From: Convolutriloba macropyga
Lineage: Eukaryota
NCBI RefSeq assembly: GCF_964194025.1
Contig: NC_134469.1
Location: 26,103,598-26,166,000 of the forward strand
Direction of reading: 5' to 3'
DNA length: 62,403 nt
Positions 61,561-62,403 of this stretch are shown here, piece after piece. Made by a program: the position numbers and the translations under genes. The notes beneath the pieces were generated by a model. The model did no database searches. It had not been told where the DNA came from and saw nothing but the letters and a program-made list of their open reading frames with translations. Positions within the stretch are counted from its first letter, which is position 1; each line of letters opens with the position of its first letter.

Positions 61561-62347
61561 TTTGAACTTTTTTTCCCGCAAAAATTAGAAACTGCCTTTA
61601 ATTTTGCACTTGTCATTTTTTTTTGGAGCGTTTGTCATATTTCCCGAGTTTTATCCACCATTAGTGAATAATAAATCTCTCAAATTTTGTGCATGCGTTC
61701 ATGAGTTTTTTGAATTGTATCATACTTGGCGTTCAGGGTGAAAACTTCACGAGTTTTTGCAATGAATATTTTGTTTAGTTTGTTTGATTAGTTTAGTTTT
61801 TTTACTATTGAGATAGTCTTTTTGTCTGGGGTTGTTCAGTTAATCTGCTGGTCAGGTACATTAATTCTCAGTTTTTCATTCAATTCTTTGGATTGTTTTT
61901 CATGACTTGTCGTGCTATGTCTTTTTTTTAATTCGTCATCTCCATCGATGAATCTTACGACCTGACTTCTTGAATTGACTTTTTGAATGACTTCTACTGC
62001 TTTGCAGTTAAATTTTTTGCTCGTGACGTCATTTCTGCTTTTAGGTCAATTGCGTGACTTACATCACCCAAAAAATGATTTTTGAACTCATTTATGGAAC
62101 TTTAAATTTTATGTTCATTTACTAGTTAAAGATCAATAGTGCGCATCTAAGTTTTTGATAGTGCGCATCTAAGTTTTTGAGTTTTTGATTTCGAATATTA
62201 TTTTTGAAAAAGCTCTTGGGGCTTTTTCCTGATACAGCGTGTGTCTCATAAAAATGACAGGCCGAATCTAACCCAAAAAGTCTAGTGGTCTATTAAAGGA
62301 CTTGTGGTCATTCTTTCTATCTTAATTCTTGAGTTGTTGCAATTCTT

Positions 62348-62403
62348 GGAAGGCCACAAGCGTCTATCGGCCACAAGCGTCTATGGAAGGCCACAAGCGT
62401 CTA
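62348..62403. repeat. Short tandem repeat GGCCACAAGCGTCTA (3 copies, reaches the window edge)
   Basis: Directly visible. Confidence 0.8.

Overview
AT-rich, repeat-dense animal (invertebrate) genomic DNA. (1) 218-9972 (minus strand) is a full-length but decayed Ty3/Gypsy LTR element with a 4-bp TSD, PBS, PPT, gag (two CCHC knuckles) and PR-RT-RH-IN. It also carries an env-like glycoprotein of the chuvirus/gB (class III fusogen) type and, between env and the 3' LTR, an intact fourth ORF: a long coiled coil ending in an Hsp70-recruiting J-domain (HPDKGG). A consensus splice donor in an ATG-free leader and an acceptor just before the J-ORF suggest a spliced subgenomic mRNA. This J-domain-carrying endogenous retrovirus-like element is the most striking system here. 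(2) An intronless NAD(P)H-binding flavin-reductase-like gene at 11370-12026. (3) A PINCH/LIMS-like LIM-domain gene on the plus strand. Its three LIM exons (51967-53384) splice in phase to a giant 4.2-kb exon (36003-40190) that has an in-phase internal alternative donor; the rest of the gene was not found in the window. (4) Many CR1/L2-type LINE relics (one with a 2A/StopGo motif), a Penelope-like RT fragment next to a PHD finger, tRNA-derived SINEs, Helentron-like non-autonomous elements and a ~40-bp satellite array. No database searches were run, so family assignments rest on motif recognition.
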